Source: Gemmatimonadales bacterium
Lineage (GTDB): Bacteria > Gemmatimonadota > Gemmatimonadetes > Gemmatimonadales > GWC2-71-9
Reading direction: 5' to 3'
DNA length: 64,000 nucleotides
Assembly (NCBI GenBank): GCA_041577295.1
Contig: JBFGJG010000006.1
Span: 55,410-119,409, forward strand
Of the stretch, positions 8,025 through 17,721 are shown piece by piece (position 1 is the stretch's first letter; every line of letters begins with the position of its first letter). The position numbers and the translations under genes were made by a program. The notes under the pieces were generated by a model. The model was not told where the DNA came from, made no database searches, and saw only the letters and a program-made list of their open reading frames with translations.

Positions 8025-10121
8025 ATGAACCACGCCACCCGCAGTGCTGCTACCGCCCTTCGCGCCGTCGTCTACGGCGGTGGGGCGGCGTTCGTCTTAT
8101 GGGCAGCCACATCCCTGTGGCGCGAACCGGAGCTTCGAGCGGGGCCAGCACTCCTCGAACTGGTCGGACTCGTCGTGGCTGCGACGGTCACCCGTCGGTT
8201 TGGACTGGCTCTTCCCGGTCGCGGCTTCGCCTCCTACATCCTCGCGGTCGTCCTGATCGGTTTCCTGCTCCGTGGCTGGATGTTTGCCGCCCTCGTGACG
8301 CTGGTCGGCGTGCCTCTCGGAGATCTCGTCTTCCGCCGGCGGGGCTGGGCCGGTCTCGAAACCGCCGTGCACATTGTGTTCGCCACCGGAGTTTCAGGGT
8401 GGCTGTACGCAGTGGCAGGCGGTCGGGTGGGCCCCGGGGTCATCAGCGCACCCAATCTATTGCCCCTGCTCCTCCTCATCGTGGCGTTGCCGCTCCTTGC
8501 CAACCTCACCTTCTATCTCCAGTCCACGCTGTTGGGGCAGGTTGAGTGGATCGATGCCAAGATGACGCTTCGGTGGGAGGTCGTCGTGACGGTGACCGGG
8601 TTGGCGTTCGCGGTGGGCTGGGTGACGCTGCTGCAATCGCGACCTGACGGCCTGCCAGCAGTCATAATCGCGGCACTCCTCATCGCCGGAATCGGGATGC
8701 TCTTCTGGGTAACCCGCACCGCCGTGCACGCAGACGAGTTACGACTCGTGCATGGCCTGGCCGGAGCCGTCGCCGCCGAGGTCAGCATCGAGCGCAGTTT
8801 CGCACGGATCCAGATGATCACACGCCACCTCGTCCCTTGGGAGAACATGGGGTTTGCGCGCTACGATGCCGAGCGAGACGAGTTGGAGCTGCTCGCAGAT
8901 ACCGCGACAGATCAACGGTTGCGGTTCGATGCGGGCTCCGGCCTCACCGGAGAGGCAGTCCGGGCAGGTCGGCCGATCGTCGCGAGCATCTTCTCTCAAT
9001 CGCGCATCACCCTTCCCGAGGGAGAAGCGCCGGGATCTGAAGTGCTCGTTCCCCTCTACCACAACGCACAACTCGTTGGAATGTGGAGCGTGCGGCATTC
9101 GGACCCGACGATGTACCGCGACGCGGATGCCGAGTTACTGAACCTGCTCGCTCAACAGCTCGCACTGTCGATTGTGATGAGCTCTCTGCTAGCTCCCATC
9201 AGCGAATCGTCTGAGCAGACAGCGAGCTACATCCGCCATCTGACCTCAACGAGCGATGTGCTCCGATCGGCTGCGCAAGCCGTTGCCCAAACGGCAACCA
9301 ACGCTGAGACCGAGGCCAAGCGCGCAGCGGTCCAGGTGGAGGAAGCCGTGCGGTCGCTGGAGCAACTGGCGGAGGGAATCGAGCTGACCACGGCAGCCGC
9401 GGGCCAGACGCGGGAGGCCAGTCAGGCCACGGCTGACGCTGCGAGTCACGTTCAGGAAGCAAACGCCCGTACCACAGAGCAGCTGCTCCATCTCACCCAG
9501 ACCATTGCGGCGGGCTCGGCAGAGGTTGGCCGCTTACGCGATGCCGCCAACGAAGTCGAGCGTTTTGCGGAGACCATCGCCACAATCGCCAACCAGACGA
9601 ATCTGCTCGCGCTCAATGCCACGATCGAAGCGGCGAGGACGGGAATTCAAGGGACGGGGTTCGCGGTGGTCGCCGAGGAGGTCCGGAAGCTCGCGGAGCA
9701 GAGCGCGGGCACCGCTCGAGGGATGGGACGGAAGGCCGACGACACTCGGCGGGTCATCGACCGGGCGGCCAGGGTGCTGGAGGACCTTGGGCAACAGCTG
9801 AGGGAGCTCCAGGGCGCCGCTACAAAGTGGGGCGCGGAGCTCTCGAGCGTCGTCGCGTCGGCCGATGCCGCCAGGGATGCGGGTGCAAGGATGACCGAGG
9901 TCCCGCGCCGGAATCGAGAAGTAGCTGACCGCGCGACCAAAATCCTGGCGGATGCCCAGGCTGCCGCCGCTCGATCGGCCAGTAACGCAATCGACGTCGC
10001 GCGCGCCGCATCCGGACAATTGCGATTGATCGACGATCTACATCGGGGCGCAGCGGAACTCCGTTCCGTCGCTGAACGCCTGCGAGAAACGGGCCGAGTG
10101 GTTGGGGCCAGGGACGCGTGA
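8025..10121 (+). CDS. Methyl-accepting chemotaxis-like protein with multi-TM N-terminus and GAF domain
   Basis: About 7-8 hydrophobic segments, a GAF domain ([21 protein letters not shown]) and the MCP hairpin tip [37 protein letters not shown]. Confidence 0.9.
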   Translation: MNHATRSAATALRAVVYGGGAAFVLWAATSLWREPELRAGPALLELVGLVVAATVTRRFGLALPGRGFASYILAVVLIGFLLRGWMFAALVTLVGVPLGDLVFRRRGWAGLETAVHIVFATGVSGWLYAVAGGRVGPGVISAPNLLPLLLLIVALPLLANLTFYLQSTLLGQVEWIDAKMTLRWEVVVTVTGLAFAVGWVTLLQSRPDGLPAVIIAALLIAGIGMLFWVTRTAVHADELRLVHGLAGAVAAEVSIERSFARIQMITRHLVPWENMGFARYDAERDELELLADTATDQRLRFDAGSGLTGEAVRAGRPIVASIFSQSRITLPEGEAPGSEVLVPLYHNAQLVGMWSVRHSDPTMYRDADAELLNLLAQQLALSIVMSSLLAPISESSEQTASYIRHLTSTSDVLRSAAQAVAQTATNAETEAKRAAVQVEEAVRSLEQLAEGIELTTAAAGQTREASQATADAASHVQEANARTTEQLLHLTQTIAAGSAEVGRLRDAANEVERFAETIATIANQTNLLALNATIEAARTGIQGTGFAVVAEEVRKLAEQSAGTARGMGRKADDTRRVIDRAARVLEDLGQQLRELQGAATKWGAELSSVVASADAARDAGARMTEVPRRNREVADRATKILADAQAAAARSASNAIDVARAASGQLRLIDDLHRGAAELRSVAERLRETGRVVGARDA

Positions 10122-10213
10122 GCTATGTCACAAGTCATTCACCACGAGCGACATGGCCATGTTTCCGTGGTTCCCAGACATTCGTGGCATCCCTCGGTTC
10201 AGGCTGGTTTGCC

Positions 10214-11590
10214 ATGCGTATCACATGCGCCCTCGGTGTCCTTACGGTCTTCGCAACCCTCCCGCTTCTGGGGCAGAACGGTCATGGTGGCCGGGTGGAG
10301 CTGGGCACGTACGGGACATTTACCCGTTATGACGCCCAGAGTCTGGATTTCGACTCGAAGCTTGGGGCCGGGGGTCGGTTGGGTCTCTTCCTCGCCCGGG
10401 GTCTTTCGATCGAGGCCAACGGTGATTTCACGCAAACCGCCGCGTCCGGAACCCAGGTCGACGTGGCCCGTGTGGGCGGAACCGTTTTTGGTCATCTGCC
10501 GCTCGCCAGCTGGAACAGTCTCTATTTCGGAGCAGGTTACGAGCGGCTGTTCTACAGAGGTGGCGTGATCGCGGACGATAACGGTGGGCACCTCGTGCTG
10601 GGCGACCGGATGCACCTCGGCAGACGAGTGGCGCTGCGGATGGAAGGCCGAGCTGCGTACTTCCCCAGCTCCTCGGCGGGTGTTGGAGATAACCGCGTGG
10701 TGAACTATGGGGGAGCCATCGGGCTCTCCATCTTTGCCTTTGGAGGATTTGAGCACTCGGCCCGGGACACCGATGGTGACCTCGTCCCGGACAAGCGTGA
10801 CCAGTGTCCGGCCACACCGACCGGCGCGACCGTCGACGAGCTCGGGTGCCCGAAGGACTCAGATCGCGACGGAATCTTTGCCGGACTCGACTCGTGCCCT
10901 GACACTCCCGCAGGCGCGGTGGTCGACGCTCTCGGTTGTCCGCTGGACTCCGACGGCGACGCGGTGTTCGACGGTATCGACATCTGTCCCGGGACCCCCG
11001 CCGGCGCCGATGTGGACGAGAACGGCTGTACACAAGATGGCGATAGCGATGGGGTGCTCGACGGGCTCGATCGGTGTCCGGACACGCCCGCCGGAGCTAC
11101 GGTCAACGCCGAGGGCTGCCCGACAGACTCTGATAGCGACGGAGTCTACGACGGCATCGACCGCTGTGCGGCAACACCCTCAGGTACGGAGGTAGACGAC
11201 GTGGGCTGCCCAGTGCTGTTTCGAGAGGAGCGTGGCCGGGCACAGCCGCTCATCTTGCGTGGCGTCAACTTTGACGTCGGCAAGGCAACGCTGACCCCTG
11301 CGTCGTATGCAGCTCTTGACGAGGTCGCCAAGTCACTCTTGGCGCACCCGGATGTGCGCATTGAGGTATCCGGACACACAGACGCCACCGGGTCGCGCGG
11401 TCTCAACATGCGACTTTCTCTCGCCCGTGCGCAGGCGGTCATGGCGTACCTGGCACAGCGGGGCGTGGGGCATGCCCGGATGCAGGCCCAGGGCTACGGT
11501 CCGGATCGGCCCATCGCGACGAACAGTACCGCGACCGGCCGTGCCGCCAATCGTCGAGTGGAGCTTCACCGGCTCGACGGGAATCGCTAG
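10214..11590 (+). CDS. OmpA/OprF family protein with thrombospondin type-3 repeats
   Basis: Signal peptide, small beta-barrel N-domain, Asp/Cys repeats, and an OmpA C-domain (GHTDATG..N..LS..RA, NRRVE). Confidence 0.92.
   Translation: MRITCALGVLTVFATLPLLGQNGHGGRVELGTYGTFTRYDAQSLDFDSKLGAGGRLGLFLARGLSIEANGDFTQTAASGTQVDVARVGGTVFGHLPLASWNSLYFGAGYERLFYRGGVIADDNGGHLVLGDRMHLGRRVALRMEGRAAYFPSSSAGVGDNRVVNYGGAIGLSIFAFGGFEHSARDTDGDLVPDKRDQCPATPTGATVDELGCPKDSDRDGIFAGLDSCPDTPAGAVVDALGCPLDSDGDAVFDGIDICPGTPAGADVDENGCTQDGDSDGVLDGLDRCPDTPAGATVNAEGCPTDSDSDGVYDGIDRCAATPSGTEVDDVGCPVLFREERGRAQPLILRGVNFDVGKATLTPASYAALDEVAKSLLAHPDVRIEVSGHTDATGSRGLNMRLSLARAQAVMAYLAQRGVGHARMQAQGYGPDRPIATNSTATGRAANRRVELHRLDGNR
10766..11209 (+). 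repeat. Five tandem ~30-aa TSP3-like Ca-binding repeats (90-bp period) inside the OmpA gene
   Basis: DxDxDxxxDxxDxCPxTPxGxxVDxxGC unit repeated five times. Confidence 0.9.
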
Positions 11591-11595
11591 CGATC

Positions 11596-12954
11596 ATGCG
11601 AACGGCTCTCGAAATGCTCGGCGCGATCCTCATGGTTGCTTGCCTCGTGGCCCCGGCCACGGCGCAAGACCACGACAAGAAGCGGATTTTGGCCGTGCTG
11701 CACCACGATGATTCGCTACCGGACTATGTCGGTTCGTTTGCTACGGTGCGCCAAAAGAGCGGGGCCGCGCTCGGGAAAGTTCTGGTGCCGGCACAGGCTC
11801 CTGCCGCCGCACATCTTGCCGTGCTGCATCACGACGATGCCCGACCAAACTACATGAGTCGTTTGAATGCGGGAGCTGAAGAGCGACCTGAGCATCCTCC
11901 CGTGTCGGTGCCGCGCCCACCGGAGTTCGTGCGTGGCGTATATCTCAATGCGTGGGTCTTCGGCTCCTCTCGGCTCGACAACCTCATCGCGCTTGCGGAC
12001 ACGACCGAGATCAACGCGTTCGTTATCGACGTCAAGGACGCCAGCGGGTACGTCACATATCCTTCGTCCGTCCCGACGGCCATCGAGGTAGGTGCAAACG
12101 GCGAGCTGCGCGCACCAGACACACGTGAACGGCTCAATCGGCTACAGGCGCATGGGATTCATGCCATCGCACGCATCGTGGTTGCCCGTGATCCGATCCT
12201 GGCAAAGGGCAAGCCCCAATGGGCCATCCACGACGCCCGCGGCGGGCTGTGGCGTGACGGTCTCGGCAAACCGTGGGTCGATGCGTACAACGATTCCGTT
12301 TGGGTCTATGCAGCGGAGCTCGCTCGAGAAGCGGTGCGGATAGGGTTCGCTGAGATTCAGTTCGATTACGTGCGATTCCCGGATGAGCCGCCGCACCGTC
12401 TGGCATTGGCGGTGTATCCGGCGCGGCGCGAGGGGGAGACACAACGATCGTCACTTGCCCGGCATCTGGCGCTCTTGCGCGATCGCGTGAAGCCGATGGG
12501 GGTTCCATTCACCATCGACGTCTTTGGGTTGACTACCAGCACGGAGGGCGGGCTCGGGATTGGCCAGTATTGGGAAGATCTGATCCAGGTCGCTGATGTC
12601 GTGCTTCCAATGGTGTACCCCAGTCACTACCGACGGGGTGCCTATGGCCTGTCGCACCCCAACTCGCAACCGTACACAGTGGTGCGGCGGGCGATTGAAG
12701 ACGGCATCCGCCGCGCGGCGCCATTCCCAAAGGCGGGGAAGATCCGCCCGTACCTCCAAGCGTTTACGCTTGGACGGCCCAGGTATTCGGGCGCGGAGGT
12801 CCGCGCGCAGATTGCTGCCACCGAAGACGCCGGGCTCAAGGAGTGGATCCTGTGGAATCCACGGGGCGTTTACCCCGCCGACGGCGTGCGACGCTTCCCC
12901 GTAACGACCGGAATCACCGTCACAGCTGGAGGCGAGGAGCAGCCATTGCGGTAA
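11596..12954 (+). CDS. Secreted putative glycoside hydrolase (DUF4015-like TIM barrel)
   Basis: Signal peptide; VRGVYL, INAFVIDVKD, GFAEIQFDYVRFPD, PMVYPSHY and RPYLQAF motifs. Confidence 0.8.
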   Translation: MRTALEMLGAILMVACLVAPATAQDHDKKRILAVLHHDDSLPDYVGSFATVRQKSGAALGKVLVPAQAPAAAHLAVLHHDDARPNYMSRLNAGAEERPEHPPVSVPRPPEFVRGVYLNAWVFGSSRLDNLIALADTTEINAFVIDVKDASGYVTYPSSVPTAIEVGANGELRAPDTRERLNRLQAHGIHAIARIVVARDPILAKGKPQWAIHDARGGLWRDGLGKPWVDAYNDSVWVYAAELAREAVRIGFAEIQFDYVRFPDEPPHRLALAVYPARREGETQRSSLARHLALLRDRVKPMGVPFTIDVFGLTTSTEGGLGIGQYWEDLIQVADVVLPMVYPSHYRRGAYGLSHPNSQPYTVVRRAIEDGIRRAAPFPKAGKIRPYLQAFTLGRPRYSGAEVRAQIAATEDAGLKEWILWNPRGVYPADGVRRFPVTTGITVTAGGEEQPLR

Positions 12955-13018
12955 GAGGCAGTGAGGAATGACCGGTGCACTCGCCGAGCGGAGGTAGGAG
13001 GGTGGTGCGCAAAGGGAG

Positions 13019-15055
13019 CTAGGCGGTGGTGCCGACGGCCGACCCTTCCCACGCCACGATGTAACCGGCGATCGCGCTTGCCGCCGTGGTGAACGGGCTC
13101 GCGAGGTAGAGTTGTCCGGGCCCTGACCGACCCGGGAAGTTTCGGTTGATCGCGCTGATCGTGACCGTCTCCCGCTCGTACGACACGCCGGGCCCCGCAT
13201 TGATGCACGCGCCACACGACGGTTCGATGAACTCCGCCCCCACCGCCTCGAAGATCTCGAGGTAACCCTGTTCCTCGCAGTACCGCTTGACCTCCTGTGA
13301 GCCGCACTGGATATAACAGCGCACGTCGGTATGCACCCGCTGGCCGCGGTCCAACGCATCGCGGAACACCCGAGCGTACATGTCCATGTCGGACTTCTTC
13401 CCTGCGGTGCAGGAGCCGGCGTACGCGATATCCACCCGCACCGGGCCGCCAAGCTCCTCAATGAATAGCCCGTTCCCCGGATCACCCGGCAGGGCCACCA
13501 TTGGCCGGAGTTCGTCTGCCTGCACTTCGATCACCATCTCGTACTCGGCGTCGGGATCGGAGTAAAGCCCCTCGAGCAATGGTCGCACACTCGAGGGATC
13601 CATGCCGCGCTCGCGAGCGAGGAACGCTACCGCTTTTTCGTCAGGTCGCACGATCCCGGTGAAAGCTCCGACCTCAGCCGCCATGTTGGTCATCGTCGCG
13701 CGCTCGTCAATCGACAACATTTCCACAGCTTCGCCCGCGTACTCCACGATCTGGCCGATCGCGTGCCCGTTCTTGACGTAGGGTTGGCGGAGGATCTGGA
13801 GCATGAAGTCCTTCGCCGTGACATTTTCTGGCTTGCGACCGATCACACGGATTAAGACCGACGGCGGAACCTTGATTCGCACGTCCTTGGTCAGCCAAGA
13901 ATTGAAGATGGCCGTGGTGCCCACACCAAACGCCACGCTGCCAATCGCGCCCGCGTGTGGCGTGTGCGAGTCGCTACCGATGATCAGATGTCCAGGCAGC
14001 GCGTGCTGTTCGAGGATCTTCGAGTGACAAATTGCCTCAGAACCACGAACCATCATGTGCGGTCCGAGGCGTGGTAGCTCACCGTACAGCTTGATCCCCT
14101 GCTGCTTGGCGAACTCTTCCTGTTTGCTCTTCAGTTCGAGCGCGACGTCGAGGAGGCCCTGCGCCTTGCGCTCTTCCGTCATGGCCAACTCGAGATACGT
14201 CAGATGGTCTCGAAAGAAGAACACCGAGTCCGCATCCACGACTTGCTCGCCCTCGCCGACAAAGTCTCGCCAAAAGATGGCCGCCATCGGCGTGACGTAC
14301 TCGTGACTGAAACGGATATCCGTTCGTACGAAGCCCTCGTCGCCCGGTTGGATGTACGGGGTACCCACGGTGTCCGTCGCGAGATCGGTGACCCAGTGGT
14401 GAGCGAGGATCTTCTCGGCGAGCGTCATCGGCCGCTTCGCAGTCTTCACGGGTGGGACACGAACTTTCCCCTGGATGCGAGCGACGTTGTACTGAAAGAG
14501 TCCGCCGAATTCGATGATCCCCCGCGTAATCTCGCCTTCGTCTTTCGTGAACTCGGACAGAGGAATCTCCTCGCCGCGACGAAGGCGCTCAATGAGGCGA
14601 AACTCCGTGCTGGTCAGAATCCCGATGTTCTGGCAGTTCTCTCGATAGATCCGCTCAATGCTCTCCCCAAGCACGAGGCGAATTCCCGCACACATCTCCG
14701 CGTATGGTGACTGCTCGCGTGACGACCCTTTACCGCGTCGCGCGCCGGCGACCGAGCACACGAACCCTCCTGCACGCACGCTGCCACGCGTGACGGGAAA
14801 CTCGGTACCGGCTTTGAGACCCAAGTACGGAAATTCACCGAGGGTTTCGTCGTAGTAGTAGCAGATGTAAGCCGGGGTGATTTCGTCGGTGGAGATGTTA
14901 TCACGGAGGGACGCATCCACCGGCCAGGCCAAGTCCTCGCCGGCCAACTGGCGTCGCATCAGCTCAGCGTCATCGACGAGGAACAAAACCCGTCCTTCGA
15001 AACGAACCCGGTCGGGGCGCTTCTCGACCGGTCGAGTGAGCAGCGATTCAATCAT
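13019..15055 (-). CDS. Aconitase/isopropylmalate dehydratase-family enzyme, single chain with N-terminal swivel domain
   Basis: N-terminal LeuD-like motifs (DNISTDEITP, GSSRE) followed by LeuC-like DSHT, GSCT, CGAC and NRNFPGR. ATG 15055 preferred as start. Confidence 0.88.
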   Translation of the reverse strand: MIESLLTRPVEKRPDRVRFEGRVLFLVDDAELMRRQLAGEDLAWPVDASLRDNISTDEITPAYICYYYDETLGEFPYLGLKAGTEFPVTRGSVRAGGFVCSVAGARRGKGSSREQSPYAEMCAGIRLVLGESIERIYRENCQNIGILTSTEFRLIERLRRGEEIPLSEFTKDEGEITRGIIEFGGLFQYNVARIQGKVRVPPVKTAKRPMTLAEKILAHHWVTDLATDTVGTPYIQPGDEGFVRTDIRFSHEYVTPMAAIFWRDFVGEGEQVVDADSVFFFRDHLTYLELAMTEERKAQGLLDVALELKSKQEEFAKQQGIKLYGELPRLGPHMMVRGSEAICHSKILEQHALPGHLIIGSDSHTPHAGAIGSVAFGVGTTAIFNSWLTKDVRIKVPPSVLIRVIGRKPENVTAKDFMLQILRQPYVKNGHAIGQIVEYAGEAVEMLSIDERATMTNMAAEVGAFTGIVRPDEKAVAFLARERGMDPSSVRPLLEGLYSDPDAEYEMVIEVQADELRPMVALPGDPGNGLFIEELGGPVRVDIAYAGSCTAGKKSDMDMYARVFRDALDRGQRVHTDVRCYIQCGSQEVKRYCEEQGYLEIFEAVGAEFIEPSCGACINAGPGVSYERETVTISAINRNFPGRSGPGQLYLASPFTTAASAIAGYIVAWEGSAVGTTA

Positions 15056-15114
15056 TTCTCTCAAACATCGCGGTTCCTTTACCCCCGGGCAAGCATCCGG
15101 TACAATTCGGCGCA

Positions 15115-16002
15115 ATGCATGTTCGATGCCTAGTTTCTGCCTTCGCGGTTATCGCTGCTGGGGTTGTTCACGCGCAACAATCGGTGACCCCGAGCTCGTT
15201 CGAGCGGACCGGGGTGTTCGCGTCAGCCGAGCTCACGGAGAGCTCCGGTGTGGCCGCCAGCAGGCGGCAACCGGGTGTGTTGTGGACTCACAACGACTCG
15301 GATCACGACCCAATCCTGTACGCAACGGATCTGACAGGTGCCCATCGGGGGGCAGTGCGGCTGGAGGTGCCTCAAGCAACGGATTGGGAAGATATCGCCC
15401 TCGCTCCCTGTCCGGAGGGCGTCGGCGACTGCATTTACCTAGCAGACACGGGAGACAACCTCGAACGTCGGGCCCACGTCGTCATCTACGTGTTTCCCGA
15501 GCCCGAGTTATCGGCCACCGCTGCTACCGTCCCGAGCGTCCGACCCAAGATGTTGGTCGTTCGCTATCCCGATGGCGCGCACGATGTCGAGGCCATCGCC
15601 GTCTCGCCGATGGGAGAGATCTACCTGATCACAAAGGGCCGATCAGGGCACATTCAAGCATTCTGTATCACTCGCACCGACTCGATGCGCGATACTGTCA
15701 CCGCCCAACCGGTGGGCACGCTGCCACTCGGCCCCATGCGACGCATCGGTCAGATTGTCACTGGCGCAGCTATATCGAGCGACGGGCAGTACTTTGTGAT
15801 CCGGACCTATACTGAGCTGTTCTTCTACAAGCGAACCGCAAACGGTGCCTTTGTGCCGGACGGACCGGCGTGTTGGATCGGATACCAGGAACCGCAGGGT
15901 GAGGGGATCGATTTCCTCAACCACGACACCTTTGTATTGACCAGTGAGGCGGCCTTTGGTCAGCGTGGGACGCTCTCGCGGGTGCGCTGCCCCCGACCAT
16001 GA
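15115..16002 (+). CDS. Secreted hypothetical protein, probable beta-propeller
   Basis: Signal peptide; ESSG, WTHNDS, DWEDIA, ADTGDN, DVEA and QGEGI repeats typical of SdiA-regulated/propeller-like proteins. Confidence 0.65.
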   Translation: MHVRCLVSAFAVIAAGVVHAQQSVTPSSFERTGVFASAELTESSGVAASRRQPGVLWTHNDSDHDPILYATDLTGAHRGAVRLEVPQATDWEDIALAPCPEGVGDCIYLADTGDNLERRAHVVIYVFPEPELSATAATVPSVRPKMLVVRYPDGAHDVEAIAVSPMGEIYLITKGRSGHIQAFCITRTDSMRDTVTAQPVGTLPLGPMRRIGQIVTGAAISSDGQYFVIRTYTELFFYKRTANGAFVPDGPACWIGYQEPQGEGIDFLNHDTFVLTSEAAFGQRGTLSRVRCPRP

Positions 16003-17702
16003 AGAGCGTTCTGCGTGCAGGCTCCGCGATCGCGTTGCTCGCAGCAATGTTGCCAGGCGTAGGCGCCGCGCAACGTAGGGACGCACCAGCTTCGAGTCGA
16101 GAACTCGAACGACTCCTCGCGACGCCGCTCGAGCAGCCACTGCGAGCCCACACGGTGTTTCTCGCCGACGACCTGCTGCGCGGGCGGGCGCCCGGAAGTG
16201 CAGGAGGAGAGGTCGCCGCCAAATACGTCGCGTCGCAGTTCGCAGCGATCGGACTGGAGCCGGCCGGTGAAGACGGCTCGTTCTTTCAAGACGTCTCGCT
16301 CGTCGGTCTCACTCCTCAGGCCTCACTCGTCGTCGCTGCCGGTCGCAACACCACTCCGTTCCTATCGGGTCGCGACTACGTCGCGTGGCCGGGCCGCATC
16401 GATTCATCGTTTACGGTCGACGGCGACCTGGTATTCGTAGGGCATGGCATCCAATCTCCCGAGTGGAACTGGGACGATCTCAGTGGGGTGCCCCTTGCGG
16501 GCAGAATCCTGCTCTTCCTTGCGAACGACCCCGGCGTCGCTGATTCCACGTCGTTTCGCGGCGGAGCCATGACGTATTACGGTCACTGGCGGTACAAGTT
16601 CGAGCAAGCGGCACGGCTGGGTGCTGCGGGAGCACTCATCATTCACAACGATGATCGGGTTCCGTTTAGCTGGCCCGTCGTGCAGGCCACTTGGTCAGGC
16701 GAGCAGTTCATGTCCGCAAACCAACCTCAGACGACGCTCCGCTTCGGGGCGTGGATCACCGAGGCCGCGGCGCGGCGGCTCGTCGCAACCGTCGGTGTCG
16801 ATTTTGACCTGCTATTGCGCCGTGCATTGCGCCCGGACTTTCGGGCCATCGATCTTGGCATCCGTGCCGCCGTGCACGTCAGGAGCCGCGTGCGCACAGT
16901 ACGCTCGATGAATGTGGTCGCGCGACTTCCGGGAACCGATACACGGACGCTCGATCAGGCAGTCGTGTACGTAGCTCACTACGATCACTTGGGCGTGCGC
17001 GCCGCGGAGGGCGCCGACAGCATCTTCAACGGGGCGGTCGACAACGCCACCGGAGTGGCTACGCTACTGACCACCGCCGCCACACTCGCGCGGACGGCGA
17101 CACCATTGGGACGCTCAATCGTGTTCGTGGCCACGACGGCCGCGGAGCCCAACCTCCTTGGCGCGGCCTCCTACATAAAAAGTCCCAGTGTCCCGGTCGA
17201 GCTCACGGCGGCAGTTTTCAACGTTGATGGAGCCAACGTGCTCGGGCCAACACGCGATGCTATGGCCGTTGGTCTCGGACACACCACGTTGGATTCGGTG
17301 TTCGCGCGCGCGGCGCGTGCCGAAAGCCTCGCGGTCACAACGGATCCGTATCCATCCCATGGACGCGTGTTCGCGTCGGATCACTTCGCGTTTCTGCAAG
17401 CGGGCGTTCCGGCACTGCAAGTAGGGAGTGCACTGGATTTCGTTGGGCGACCGGCGACCTGGGGGCTCGAGGAGTACCGCGATTACCGCATGCATCGCTA
17501 CCACCGACCGACCGACGAGTACAATCCGGAGATGGACTTTGCCGGGCTGGCACAGCAGGTCCGCGTGCTGGTCAGAATGGGGTGGGAGCTCGCCCGGGGT
17601 GACCAGTTTCCCGCCTGGTTCAGCCAATCTCCGTACCGGCCCGCAGGAGAGCAGCTCCGACTGAGACGCGAGCGTCGAGTGGTAACGGGGCAGAGGCCGT
17701 AA
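15999..17702 (+). CDS. M28 family metallopeptidase with PA domain
   Basis: Signal peptide; AHYDHLG, NGAVDNATG, SDH and YHRPTD motifs; PA insert (TYYGHWRYKFEQAAR). Confidence 0.88.
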   Translation: MKSVLRAGSAIALLAAMLPGVGAAQRRDAPASSRELERLLATPLEQPLRAHTVFLADDLLRGRAPGSAGGEVAAKYVASQFAAIGLEPAGEDGSFFQDVSLVGLTPQASLVVAAGRNTTPFLSGRDYVAWPGRIDSSFTVDGDLVFVGHGIQSPEWNWDDLSGVPLAGRILLFLANDPGVADSTSFRGGAMTYYGHWRYKFEQAARLGAAGALIIHNDDRVPFSWPVVQATWSGEQFMSANQPQTTLRFGAWITEAAARRLVATVGVDFDLLLRRALRPDFRAIDLGIRAAVHVRSRVRTVRSMNVVARLPGTDTRTLDQAVVYVAHYDHLGVRAAEGADSIFNGAVDNATGVATLLTTAATLARTATPLGRSIVFVATTAAEPNLLGAASYIKSPSVPVELTAAVFNVDGANVLGPTRDAMAVGLGHTTLDSVFARAARAESLAVTTDPYPSHGRVFASDHFAFLQAGVPALQVGSALDFVGRPATWGLEEYRDYRMHRYHRPTDEYNPEMDFAGLAQQVRVLVRMGWELARGDQFPAWFSQSPYRPAGEQLRLRRERRVVTGQRP

Positions 17703-17721
17703 GCTTTTTTATCACAATGGG

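Noticed and set aside
10766..11209. Periodic 90-bp repeats as a CRISPR array
   Set aside because: They are in-frame, synonymously diverged protein repeats within OmpA, with no spacers and no cas genes.
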